Shown here: in pieces, positions 8,893-18,449 of the stretch
How positions within the stretch are numbered: position 1 is the first letter of the stretch
Layout: each line of letters begins with the position of its first letter
Origin: an uncultured bacterium
GTDB taxonomy: Bacteria > Verrucomicrobiota > Kiritimatiellia > CAIKKV01 > CAITUY01
NCBI GenBank assembly: GCA_903908715.1
Contig: CAIVSY010000063.1
Coordinates: 30,113-94,112, forward strand
Direction: 5' to 3'
DNA: 64,000 bases
Made by a program: the position numbers and the translations under genes
The notes under the pieces: generated by a model
The model's database searches: none
What the model was told of the DNA's origin: nothing
Seen by the model: the letters and a program-made list of their open reading frames with translations, nothing else

Positions 8893-10682
8893 ATCCTGCC
8901 CTGATATTTTGCACCCTGCAACTGACCATCCTTCTTCTTGCCTTGCTAGGTGGAGGCATCTTCCCAAGTACGGTTTGCATGGTCGCCATCTTCACCTCCC
9001 TCGCTTTCACACTCACTTGGGGCCTGCCGCGCCTGCGGCAGGCCCAACCCTCCCCGCCCCCTTCGTCTGTTTCACCCACAACGGCAACCCTCGAAGTCCT
9101 GATGGCGCTGATTCTGCTGTTAATCCTCTTCAGCGCAATCCCTCTCCCTCCGCTTCTGGATCCCCTGATCGGCCGTCTGCGGGCCAGTCAGAACCATACA
9201 GCGACCACACTGTTGCAGGAAGCCGCTCGTGTCGGTTTTTTTGAGGATGGAACCCCTTGGTTCTGCCTCAGCCGGAACCGTGCAGGCACCCTCCGCATGT
9301 TCCTGCTTCTAGGCGCTGCTTTCGGATCAGCCCTTTGCGCCGCAAGCCTCCCGGCACGGTGGCAGAGAGCCTACCTGGTCTTCCTCGCGTGCACAGGCGG
9401 CCTCATCGCCATCGGCGGCTACATCGGGCAATGGGTAATTCCCCAGGAAAATACGCTTTGGTGGACTCTTCCAATCCCGCCGACTTTGCCGGGCCCTGTA
9501 GGATGCTTTATCAACCGCAACCATTTCGCGGGCTTCCTCGCCATCCTCTGCCCGGTCGCCCTGGCGCTTTCCGAAGACGCCTTTCGTCGCCGCCAGTGGA
9601 AGACCGCTCTTGGCATGGCTGCCCTCCTGGGCTGCATGACTTTTTCCCTTGTAATGGTCCTGTCGCGTGGAGCCATCCTCGCCTTCCTGATCGGCACCGG
9701 CGCAACCGCGGCATGGATCATCTTTCGGAGAAGCCGGGCGGCCGGTATCGTTTGCCTGATCCTGGCATTGGGAATCCTGATCATTCTCTATCGTACCACT
9801 CCCGCGCTCCGGGACCGTTTGGACGAATTTCGCCAGCCGAACACCAGCGGTAGCGTCCAAACCCGGCTGCAGGAATGGCGTGAAACCCTTCGAACAGCCT
9901 GTTACTACCCGGTGATCGGAAGTGGCGCTAATGCCCTGCGCATGACATACCCCATTCACCGCCACACTTCCGGAAAATGGCTGGTCAATGCGGAAAACGA
10001 ATACGCACAACTGCTTGCTGAAGGCGGCCTGATCGGTGCGGGACTCGCCATCGCCCTGCTGGCGGCGGCGACCCGTAGAATGCATTTCAGGGCCTGCGCT
10101 CCGGAGTCACAAGTTTTCCCGGTTGCCGTCATCGGCGCTTTCCTGACGGCAGCCGTCCACAACGCCGTCGATTTCCCGGCGCGTCAACCGCTCTATGCCA
10201 TCGTCCTGGCATCACTTGCCGGCCTTCTTTTCGTTCCACCGTCCATGCATGAAACCATATGCCGGTTCCGCCTGCGCCTGATACCAGCGGCTGTCACCCT
10301 GCTGGGCTGCATGATCTTGTCAATAGGCCCGATGTCTTCGTTGCAGCGCCTGGACTCCTACAGCCTTCTGGCCAACCTTTCACCTGCGGAATTGCGGCGC
10401 GCACTGAACTGGGCGCCCACCAGCTGGCATGCGTGGTATATGTCGGGCCGGACCGCGTGTGATGCCGGCCTTGCGACGCAACGCGTGGACCTGTGCGTCT
10501 TTGGGGAAAACCTCATGACGCAAGCTGCCGCGTACGACCCGAACAACTACAGGCTGTGGTATGACCTGGGGCTTGTCCGGCGAGCCCTACGGCAGCATGG
10601 CAGGGCGGATCAGGCATTTGCCAGGGCGAAAGAACTCCGTCCCTGGGTTTCACCCCCCCCCGCAGAACGGAGGCAGCAGTAA
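8889..10682 (+). CDS. O-antigen ligase / O-oligosaccharyltransferase (Wzy_C) family protein with C-terminal TPR-like region
   Basis: FINRNHFAGFL, SRGAILA, RLQEW...PVIGSG, AENEYAQLLAEGGLIG, HNAVDFP; TPR-like AAAYDPNNYRLWYDLG. ATG 8889 overlaps the upstream stop (ATGA). Confidence 0.8.
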   Translation: MNPALIFCTLQLTILLLALLGGGIFPSTVCMVAIFTSLAFTLTWGLPRLRQAQPSPPPSSVSPTTATLEVLMALILLLILFSAIPLPPLLDPLIGRLRASQNHTATTLLQEAARVGFFEDGTPWFCLSRNRAGTLRMFLLLGAAFGSALCAASLPARWQRAYLVFLACTGGLIAIGGYIGQWVIPQENTLWWTLPIPPTLPGPVGCFINRNHFAGFLAILCPVALALSEDAFRRRQWKTALGMAALLGCMTFSLVMVLSRGAILAFLIGTGATAAWIIFRRSRAAGIVCLILALGILIILYRTTPALRDRLDEFRQPNTSGSVQTRLQEWRETLRTACYYPVIGSGANALRMTYPIHRHTSGKWLVNAENEYAQLLAEGGLIGAGLAIALLAAATRRMHFRACAPESQVFPVAVIGAFLTAAVHNAVDFPARQPLYAIVLASLAGLLFVPPSMHETICRFRLRLIPAAVTLLGCMILSIGPMSSLQRLDSYSLLANLSPAELRRALNWAPTSWHAWYMSGRTACDAGLATQRVDLCVFGENLMTQAAAYDPNNYRLWYDLGLVRRALRQHGRADQAFARAKELRPWVSPPPAERRQQ

Positions 10683-10683
10683 C

Positions 10684-11025
10684 ATGAACCAGATCCTCAT
10701 CGGTTCTCTCATACCTTTCGCCGTGGCCATGGCAGTTTATGCCCGCCGCAAGGGTCGGGCAGACATCGCCTTCCTGACCCTGACCCCGTTCGCCATGCTG
10801 CTGGGAGCCCTCTGGGCCGTCGTCCCTGATCTGCCCCGCTTGTTTGGTCGATCGGATCTCTACCTCCGATGGTCCATCGACCCGCGAATGAACCTCTTCT
10901 TCTGGCATTACTCCATCGACCAGATCGAAACCGACTCATCCTGGTATGCGGTCGGACTCCTGCTGACGGGGGCCTGCTTGCTTTTCATCGGCTGGCGTGA
11001 AATCGCAAGAAGGGAGTCCGGCTGA
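10684..11025 (+). CDS. Small membrane protein, YdjM/metal-dependent-hydrolase-like (PD motif); paralog A
   Basis: 3 TM segments; AVVPDLPRLFG...MNLFFWHYSID. ATG 1 nt after the upstream stop (ORF track start 10561 overlaps the previous gene). Confidence 0.6.
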   Translation: MNQILIGSLIPFAVAMAVYARRKGRADIAFLTLTPFAMLLGALWAVVPDLPRLFGRSDLYLRWSIDPRMNLFFWHYSIDQIETDSSWYAVGLLLTGACLLFIGWREIARRESG

Positions 11026-11384
11026 TGGCCTCCGCCCCATTGCATTTCGCCATTGGCACCGCAACCGGCATGGTTCTCCTGGCACCCCGAATCCTCGCCG
11101 CCTGGAATGCACGCGAAAAGCTGGCGACGGCAACCCGGACATGGCTGTTGATCTCCTGGGGATGCGGAATCGTAGCGGCAATCCCCAGCCTCCTGCGGTA
11201 CGCTGGATTCCCTGAAAGCATTTACGCCAATCCATGGATGAACATCTTTTTCCTGCATCCATGGATCAACCGGATCCTGCCCAGAAACGAATTGCCTGGA
11301 AGCTTGGCCATGGCAATCTGCTGGACCACGCAATATGCATGGGTCCTTGCAGCCGTGCTTCGCAGCGGTCGGATCAGGAAGTAA
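11025..11384 (+). CDS. Small membrane protein, YdjM-like (N-terminal His); paralog B
   Basis: LHFAIG...AAIPSLLRYAG...MNIFFLHPWIN. TGATG coupling to paralog A. Confidence 0.6.
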   Translation: MASAPLHFAIGTATGMVLLAPRILAAWNAREKLATATRTWLLISWGCGIVAAIPSLLRYAGFPESIYANPWMNIFFLHPWINRILPRNELPGSLAMAICWTTQYAWVLAAVLRSGRIRK

Positions 11385-12219
11385 TCTGCTCCCGAAGCCT
11401 GCGGCCTTTCTCGAGTTGCTCACGCACAGCCTCGAAATCGCCCGCCTCTATATCTGCGATCAATCCCGCCAGTTCCCCCTGGAATCCACGAAGCGCAGAC
11501 AGAATCTCCGCACGATTGCTCCTCACGATGTCATGCCACATATCAGGGCTCCCCGCCGCAATACGGGTGGTGTCGCGATATCCCGGACCGCACAACGCAA
11601 GAAACTTATCCCGGTCCATCCCACCGGTCGCCGTTACCAACAAACTCGCGACCAGATGCGGGAGGTGACTGGTCCTGGCCACAATCGCATCGTGATCCTC
11701 CGGCGCCAACCGCACCACCCGGCACCCAACATCGCGCCACATCCGGCTCACGACATCGACCCCCGATCCGGCACCTTCTCCCGCAGTCACCACGGTAACC
11801 GAACCTTCATAGAGGTCCGCACGCGCCACCGCGATACCCGTCTTCTCGGATCCCGTCATGGGATGACTTCCCACAAACTCCACCGGTCGGCCTGCGAGAA
11901 CAGGCGCGATCCGATTCGTCAGTTCGGTCTTCGTGCTCCCTACGTCGGTAATAACAGTCCCCGATTCCAGGGCCGGCAAAAACGAATGCACCAGTTCGGG
12001 GATCGCCAGAACGGGGGTGCACACAACGACAATCTGTGCCCCTTCCACGGCCGTCTGCGGGGTGCCCGCAACCTCATCCACAACACCCATCGCAAGGGCT
12101 GCATCCATCGTCGCCTTGCGACGTGCATAGCCTTTAACCCGGGCTAGGCCGCGCCGCCGCAACGCCAGGCCCAGCGAACCTCCCATCAGACCCAAACCGA
12201 TGACCGCAACCGTCTTCAT
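11374..12219 (-). CDS. tyrA: Prephenate/arogenate dehydrogenase
   Basis: VAVIGLGLMGGSLG, TDVGSTK, FVGSHPMTGSE, HDAIVARTSHLPH, DTTRIA...MWHDI. ATG 12219 overlaps the hisC stop. Confidence 0.93.
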   Translation of the reverse strand: MKTVAVIGLGLMGGSLGLALRRRGLARVKGYARRKATMDAALAMGVVDEVAGTPQTAVEGAQIVVVCTPVLAIPELVHSFLPALESGTVITDVGSTKTELTNRIAPVLAGRPVEFVGSHPMTGSEKTGIAVARADLYEGSVTVVTAGEGAGSGVDVVSRMWRDVGCRVVRLAPEDHDAIVARTSHLPHLVASLLVTATGGMDRDKFLALCGPGYRDTTRIAAGSPDMWHDIVRSNRAEILSALRGFQGELAGLIADIEAGDFEAVREQLEKGRRLREQITS

Positions 12220-13346
12220 GCCGTTGCCTGTCCTCCTGCACGCGCCGCCAACACCGTCTCCAAGGCCCGGAGACAACGGCGGTTTTGCACCCGCGTTCCC
12301 ACCGTAATCCGGATGTGATCCGGAAGACGGTACGGATCCATGGGGCGGACAATGACCCCGAGCTTCTGCATCGCCTCGAAGACCTCCCGTCCCTTCCCGA
12401 CCTTGACAAGGATGAAGTTAACCACGGATGGCACAAACTCCAGACCCATCTTCCGGAATGCCTTCTCGAAGTCCACCAGACCATCCTTTACAAGCCTCCG
12501 GGTGCGCTCGACATGCTCCTCGTCCTCCAGTGCGGCAAGGGCAGCCGCCTGCCCCATGGCCGTGGTATTGAAAGGCTGCCGCACCCTCTGCATCAGATGG
12601 ATGCATTCCTCCGGCGCAACGGCATACCCGATCCTCAAGCCGGCCAGACCGTATGTCTTCGAGAAGGTTCGCAGGATAATCACGTTGCGCCCCTCCCGCA
12701 CGTATCGCAACGTGTCCGGCTGCAGGGCGGGATCCAACAATTCGATATACGCCTCATCCAGCACGGTGATCACATGATCCGGAACCCTGTGCAGGAAGGA
12801 TTCCAGTTCCGCACCGCCCACCATTGTGCCGGTTGGATTGTTGGGGTTCGCGATGAAGACAACCCGGGTCTCACCCGTGATGGCCGCAAGCATGGCATCG
12901 AGATCATGTGTGAACTCACGCATGGGCACCAGGACCGTCCCCGCCCGAAACATATCGCCAACCAGTTTGTAGACCACAAAGGCCCGGTCCGCCATAACCA
13001 GATTCATCCCCTCGCCCAGGAAAACATGGCCGATAAACTCGATCAACTCATTACTGCCTGTGCCGATCAGTAACTGACCCGGCTTGACATGTAACTTCCG
13101 CGCAAGGGCCTCCCGCAGGTAAAAGGCCCCGCCGTCGGGATACAGGTGCATTCGCCGCGCCACCGCCCGCATGGCCACCACGGCCTTCGGGGATGGCCCC
13201 AGCGAATTCTCGTTGGACGCCAGCTTGATGATGTCATCGGCGGAAGCAAAACCCATCTCCCGCGCGACCTCCTCAATGGGCCGTCCAGGCTCGTAGACTC
13301 CAAGCCCGCTGACCCAGGAACGCGCCAAATCACTGAAACCTGGCAT
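12216..13346 (-). CDS. hisC: Histidinol-phosphate / aromatic amino acid aminotransferase
   Basis: KLASNEN.LGPSP, YPDG, NPNNPTG, DEAY, RTFSKTYGLAGLRIGY. AAGGAG SD before ATG 13346. Confidence 0.93.
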   Translation of the reverse strand: MPGFSDLARSWVSGLGVYEPGRPIEEVAREMGFASADDIIKLASNENSLGPSPKAVVAMRAVARRMHLYPDGGAFYLREALARKLHVKPGQLLIGTGSNELIEFIGHVFLGEGMNLVMADRAFVVYKLVGDMFRAGTVLVPMREFTHDLDAMLAAITGETRVVFIANPNNPTGTMVGGAELESFLHRVPDHVITVLDEAYIELLDPALQPDTLRYVREGRNVIILRTFSKTYGLAGLRIGYAVAPEECIHLMQRVRQPFNTTAMGQAAALAALEDEEHVERTRRLVKDGLVDFEKAFRKMGLEFVPSVVNFILVKVGKGREVFEAMQKLGVIVRPMDPYRLPDHIRITVGTRVQNRRCLRALETVLAARAGGQATA

Positions 13347-13364
13347 ACCTTTCTCCTTTAACAC

Positions 13365-14426
13365 TTACCGGGATCTCGGGTAGGAACCCAGCACATTCAT
13401 ATACACACAATGGCCGGATATATCCGCCAGCGCTTTCGTCACCGGCTCATCCGTCGGATGACCTTCCAGGTCCACAAAGAAGAAGTACTCCCAAGCCTTG
13501 CTCCGACTCGGGCGCGATTCGATCTTTGTCATATTGAGCCCGAACTTCTTGAACGACTCCAGCGCACCGTACAAGGCACCGGCCTTATGCTGGACGGCAA
13601 AACACAAGGACGTCTTATCGTTTCCCGTCTTTTGGCCGTACCCGTGTCCAAGCACGACAAACCGTGTCGTGTTCCCGCTCATATCCTGCACATCGGACTC
13701 GAGGATCCGCAGCCCGTAGATTTCCGCCGCGAGCCGGCTGGCAAGCGCGCCGCTGTTGGGCTCCTTGGCCGCCAGTTCAGCCGCCCGCGCCGTACTGGCC
13801 ACGGGGATCATGTCCACTCCCGACATCTCGCGCTGAAGCCACTGCCGGCACTGCCCCAGAACCTGGGGATGGCTGTAAAGCTTCTCAATCCTCTCCCTCG
13901 CCACCATGGAAAGCAGGCACTGCGAGATCGGCAGGTAAATCTCAGCGCAAATCTTGAGCGGAGTTTCCGCCAATCGGTCCAGCGTGAAGGTTACCGCACC
14001 CTCCGTGGAGTTTTCGACCGGCACAACCCCGTAGTCGGCCATTCCTTTCTCGACAGCGTCAAACACGTCACTGATGGTCTCACAGGAATAGTATTCCACA
14101 CTGGCACCAAAGCGGCCGCGGGCGGCCTGGTGGGAAAATGTCGAAGGCGGCCCAAGGTATGCAACCTTCAGGTTCTTTTCTAGCGCCAACGCCGCCGACA
14201 TGATCTCCCGGTAGATTGCCCGAAGCGATTCAGGCTTGAGCGGCCCCTGACTGAGCGATGTGACCCGTGCCAGCACCTCCTTCTCCCTCGCAGGCACGTA
14301 CACACCCTGACCGTCCTTCTGCTTGAGCTTGCCGATCTCGAGCGCACAACCGGTTCGCTCATTTAGAAGCCGTATAAGTTCCTCGTCAATCTGATCGATC
14401 TTCTTCCTCAGGTCTCCGACGTTCAT
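13365..14426 (-). CDS. pheA: Chorismate mutase / prephenate dehydratase (P-protein)
   Basis: LRKKIDQID, VAYLGPPSTFS, PVENSTEG, NTTRF, TKIESRP, ACT domain. Confidence 0.96.
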   Translation of the reverse strand: MNVGDLRKKIDQIDEELIRLLNERTGCALEIGKLKQKDGQGVYVPAREKEVLARVTSLSQGPLKPESLRAIYREIMSAALALEKNLKVAYLGPPSTFSHQAARGRFGASVEYYSCETISDVFDAVEKGMADYGVVPVENSTEGAVTFTLDRLAETPLKICAEIYLPISQCLLSMVARERIEKLYSHPQVLGQCRQWLQREMSGVDMIPVASTARAAELAAKEPNSGALASRLAAEIYGLRILESDVQDMSGNTTRFVVLGHGYGQKTGNDKTSLCFAVQHKAGALYGALESFKKFGLNMTKIESRPSRSKAWEYFFFVDLEGHPTDEPVTKALADISGHCVYMNVLGSYPRSR

Positions 14427-15100
14427 GCGCCTTCCCCTCCCGATTCCTTTTCCGGCGCGGCCGCGACCACCGTCCGCGGCTCCGTCACAACCGGTGCCGA
14501 GGCCTGCGCCACCGCCTGCTGCCGCTGCGTATCCATCCTTGCCAGTTCACCAATACCCGGCAAATCCTTGACGTTCTTCAACCCGAAATGCTCCAGGAAG
14601 ACTTGCGTCGTCCCGTACAACATCGGACGCCCCGGCAGTTCACTGCGCCCAACGATCTTGATCAATTGCATCTCCATCAGCATTCGCAGAACATGATCCA
14701 CCGTCACGCCGCGTACCCCCTCGATTTCCGCACGGGTAATCGGCTGCCGATATGCGATAATCGCCAGGGTCTCCAGCGCCGGACGCGAGAGCCGCGTCGG
14801 CTTACCCACATCCAGCATGTGCCTCACCCACAGCCCGGCGGACGGGTCACTCTGGAACCGGTATCCCTCGGCGCTCTCCACGAGATCAAAGCCAACCCGC
14901 TGGCTTTCGCAGTCCGCCTGCAACCGGGCCAGCGCCTCCTTGATATCCGACTCGCGTGCCGAGGCAAACGCGACCGCTTCCTCGCCACATGCCTGCGCCG
15001 TTTCCTGAAGGACCTTGCGTATGGCCCCGACCGTTAATGGCTGTCGCGCGGCAAAGATGATCGCGCCCAGCACCTGCTTGAGTTCCACTTGCGTTTCCAT
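14423..15100 (-). CDS. scpB: SMC-Scp complex subunit ScpB
   Basis: LSRPALETLAIIAYRQPITRAEIEGVRGV, GRPMLYGTT..FL..FGL. Start could be as far up as 15136. Confidence 0.94.
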   Translation of the reverse strand: METQVELKQVLGAIIFAARQPLTVGAIRKVLQETAQACGEEAVAFASARESDIKEALARLQADCESQRVGFDLVESAEGYRFQSDPSAGLWVRHMLDVGKPTRLSRPALETLAIIAYRQPITRAEIEGVRGVTVDHVLRMLMEMQLIKIVGRSELPGRPMLYGTTQVFLEHFGLKNVKDLPGIGELARMDTQRQQAVAQASAPVVTEPRTVVAAAPEKESGGEGA

Positions 15101-15163
15101 CGCTTCATTTCCCGTCTTCGGATTCATCACAAACAAGACTCGGAATCCTGAACCGAACCCCGC

Positions 15164-15910
15164 CTACGCTTCCACCACCTCGCCAATCATGATCTCGCCA
15201 AAATCTCCCTCCTGCTGCGCAGCCACCTGTCGCAGCCGAATCAGTTCCAGCAAGGCCAGAAATGTGCATATGATCTCATACCGGGAAGCCGCATCCGCAA
15301 AAAGGCTGCTGAAGACCACCTTCCGGCTGCCCCGTACCGTTCCCAGGATGTGCTCGATCTTGTCTACCACCGTGAAACGGTCGTCGACAATCTCCCCGAA
15401 ATCGACAACCTTGACCCGCTTCAGCGTTTCGTTGAAGGCCGCAATCAGATCGAAGATACTGACGTCCCCCAATCCGACGCCCGCGGGCTCCGGCTCCGGG
15501 ACAACAAGGGGATCCTGGCCGCGCGTGAACACATTCTCCTGCTCGTACTCCCGGATCTGAAGATGCGAGGCCGCCTCCTTGAACTTCTTGTATTCAATCA
15601 GTTGACGGACCAGTTCCCACCTCGGATCCTCCTCTTCCTCCTCCAGGTCAGGCCGCTCATCCACAGGCAATAGCATCCGGCTCTTGATCATCATCAGCGT
15701 GGCGGCCATCACAATAAACTCGCCCGCGATGTTCAGGTCGAGCATCTTCATCACGGAAAGATATTCCATGTATTGAGTGGTCACTCGCTCGATGGGAATA
15801 TTGTAGATGTCGAGTTCATCCCGCTTGATCAGATACAGGAGCAAGTCCAGCGGCCCTTCGAATATCTCGAGTTGCACCTTGTAATCGTCTTGAACAACCA
15901 ACTGGCTCAT
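15164..15910 (-). CDS. scpA: Segregation/condensation protein ScpA
   Basis: FEGPLDLLLYLIK, AGEFIVMAATL..IKSRMLLP, FLALLEL. Confidence 0.95.
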   Translation of the reverse strand: MSQLVVQDDYKVQLEIFEGPLDLLLYLIKRDELDIYNIPIERVTTQYMEYLSVMKMLDLNIAGEFIVMAATLMMIKSRMLLPVDERPDLEEEEEDPRWELVRQLIEYKKFKEAASHLQIREYEQENVFTRGQDPLVVPEPEPAGVGLGDVSIFDLIAAFNETLKRVKVVDFGEIVDDRFTVVDKIEHILGTVRGSRKVVFSSLFADAASRYEIICTFLALLELIRLRQVAAQQEGDFGEIMIGEVVEA

Positions 15911-15944
15911 CGCATCCTTCCTTCCGCCGGACTACGCAGGGGAA

Positions 15945-16925
15945 TCACTCCAAGCCCACGGCACGACGCGCCGCATCCAGCGTCTTGCGTGCCTCGGCAC
16001 GCGCCCGGGACGCGCCATCGCGCAACACGGATTCCACATACCCCGGATCCTGCTCCAACTCCTTCCGCCGCCGGCGGAACGGCTCGAAATAGGCCCAAAG
16101 AATCTCAAACAACTTCTTCTTTGCGTCTCCGTATCCATATCCGCCAGTACGGTACCGCGACTCCATCTCCTGCCGTTCGACATCGGAGGCGAACAACCGG
16201 TACAATGCGAAAACATTGCAAGTCGAGGGGTCCTTGGGATCCTGCAGTCCTTTGCTGTCGGTAACCACCCGCATGCACCGGGCCCGCGTCTCCTTCTCGC
16301 TCCCGAAAATCTCTATGGTGTTGCTGTAGGACTTGGACATCTTCTGACCGTCCAACCCGGGAACCACCGCCACCTCATCACGGATAACCGGCTCGGGAAT
16401 CCGAAACACCTCTCCAAACTGAAGATTGAACTTGATGGCAATGTCACGCGTCACCTCCACATGCTGTTTCTGGTCACGGCCAACCGGCACCGTGGTGGAC
16501 TGCACAGCCAGGATATCCGCGGCCATCAGGACCGGATAGCTGAACAATGCATGCGAGGCTGCGATCCCCTTGGCCACCTTATCCTTGTAGGAATGGCAAC
16601 GTTCAAGCAAACCCATCGGCGTAACGACGGAAAGCAGCCATGTCAGTTCGGTCACCTCGGGAACATCACTCTGCCGGAAAAAGACCGTCCTCTTCGGATC
16701 GAGCCCGCAGGCTAGGAAATCCAAGGCCACATCATGCGAATTGGCCCGCAGGATTGCCGGGTCGGACACCGTTGTCAGCGCATGGTAATTCGCGATAAAG
16801 AGATAGGCATCCCCCTGCTCCTGCAACTCAAGAGCAGGCCGCATCATGCCAAAATAGTTGCCGAGGTGCAGTTTCCCTGAAGGCTGAATCCCGGAAAGGA
16901 TCCTCAACTTGGTTTCCGTCTTCAT
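15945..16925 (-). CDS. trpS: Tryptophan--tRNA ligase
   Basis: SGIQPSGKLHLGNY (HIGH-like), YPVLMAADIL, VPVGRDQKQH, KMSKS. Confidence 0.97.
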   Translation of the reverse strand: MKTETKLRILSGIQPSGKLHLGNYFGMMRPALELQEQGDAYLFIANYHALTTVSDPAILRANSHDVALDFLACGLDPKRTVFFRQSDVPEVTELTWLLSVVTPMGLLERCHSYKDKVAKGIAASHALFSYPVLMAADILAVQSTTVPVGRDQKQHVEVTRDIAIKFNLQFGEVFRIPEPVIRDEVAVVPGLDGQKMSKSYSNTIEIFGSEKETRARCMRVVTDSKGLQDPKDPSTCNVFALYRLFASDVERQEMESRYRTGGYGYGDAKKKLFEILWAYFEPFRRRRKELEQDPGYVESVLRDGASRARAEARKTLDAARRAVGLE

Positions 16926-17044
16926 GCGTAATCCACCATCCCTGAAAACACGTGTAAAACCGCGACTTTATCTTAACCAGGAAGGATCATAAAGGCATTT
17001 TTCGCCCTGGCAGGGCATGGAAACGACATGTCAGGGTGGCCGCC

Positions 17045-18238
17045 TTATGCCCGCAGGCCCGCCGCCAGCAGGCAAAACAGGTTTACCCCGTTACGGAGGG
17101 ACTCATCCGTGAAATCAAATTCCGGACTGTGCAAGCTGGGAGACCCCACCCCCATGCCAAGCCAGAACATGAGCCCAGGCCGGCCGATGAGATAAAATGC
17201 GAAGTCTTCACCAATCATTGCAGGAGCCGGAGCCTCAAGAAAGGATTCCGGAGGCAGGTATCGCCGGGCCAGCCGTGCGCAACGCTCAAACACCGCCTTG
17301 TCATTGATGACCGGCAATTGGTAAGGAACCTCGAACTCGATGTCCGCTTCCACGCCAGCCTCCCGCGCCAATTCCTCCGCAACCGCCCTCATCTCCGCCT
17401 GCACAGCCAACCCGTCTGCCGCATCCAGATAACGGAAGGTCCCCCCCACTCGTGCGACACCCGGAATGATGTTGTTCATCGACCCCGCCGTCACACGGCA
17501 GACACTGATGACCACACCATTTGTCTGGTTCCAACGCTTGTGCAGCGCCTCCAGACGCGTCACAACGGCTGAAGCCACCGGTATCGGATTTCGTCCCGCT
17601 TCGGGCGTCGCCCCATGGCACCCCATGCCGCGGAACTCGAACTCGAAAAAACCCGCCGCGGCAAAAAACGGACCCGGCCTGGAAACAATCTGCCCCACCG
17701 GGAAAGCCGACTGGGCATGCAACGCATATACTTCGTCCAATCCGTCGCACACCCCCTTGGACACCAGGTCTCGCCCGGCACACACCACCTCTTCACCCGG
17801 CTGGAAAATGAACCGAACGTTGGATTCCAGGCGGTCACGCACGGCACAGAGTACAGCGGCCGAACCCGCCAGGATCGCCATATGCCCGTCATGCCCGCAG
17901 GCGTGCATCATGCCGGGGAATGCAGACTGGTACGGTTGCCCCGTCTGCTCCGAAATGGGCAGCGCATCCATGTCGGCCCGCAACCCCACCGTCCTCCGGG
18001 CTCCAACGTCCAGCGTCGCGACCACATCCGTGCCCAGAATCGGCGATGCAAAATCCAGGGGCAAGCGACTGAGCCAACCCATCAGGACGTCCCGTGTTTT
18101 TGTTTCCTGCAACGCAATCTCGGGGCATGCATGCAGTGTGCGGCGCAGGGAACGGATCTCCGGCAACCATTGATCCACCTGTCCTGCTATCGCTTCCGCA
18201 ACAAGATCCTCTCGCATATCGCGCGTCCTTTCAGGCAA
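17045..18238 (-). CDS. M20 family amidohydrolase (hippurate hydrolase-like)
   Basis: LHACPE, LRADMDALP, MHACGHDGH, FQPGEE, GCHGA.P, GEDFAFY, LHSP.FD. Confidence 0.92.
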   Translation of the reverse strand: MPERTRDMREDLVAEAIAGQVDQWLPEIRSLRRTLHACPEIALQETKTRDVLMGWLSRLPLDFASPILGTDVVATLDVGARRTVGLRADMDALPISEQTGQPYQSAFPGMMHACGHDGHMAILAGSAAVLCAVRDRLESNVRFIFQPGEEVVCAGRDLVSKGVCDGLDEVYALHAQSAFPVGQIVSRPGPFFAAAGFFEFEFRGMGCHGATPEAGRNPIPVASAVVTRLEALHKRWNQTNGVVISVCRVTAGSMNNIIPGVARVGGTFRYLDAADGLAVQAEMRAVAEELAREAGVEADIEFEVPYQLPVINDKAVFERCARLARRYLPPESFLEAPAPAMIGEDFAFYLIGRPGLMFWLGMGVGSPSLHSPEFDFTDESLRNGVNLFCLLAAGLRA

Positions 18239-18449
18239 GCCGTGATGGATGCAGTTCCCTGTATCACACCGGAACGCTGGCAGGCAATAGCGATCCCGCC
18301 ACTCCCGCTACCCTCTATCAAAACGGACGGATTGCAGAGCAGAAAACCCATCCTCCTTGCCGGACTTTTAAACTGCATGCACAAAGTAACGGTGGTATAA
18401 ACACTGCCAGCCAGAAAATAGCGTAACATAAGGAAAACTCTTAACAGTT

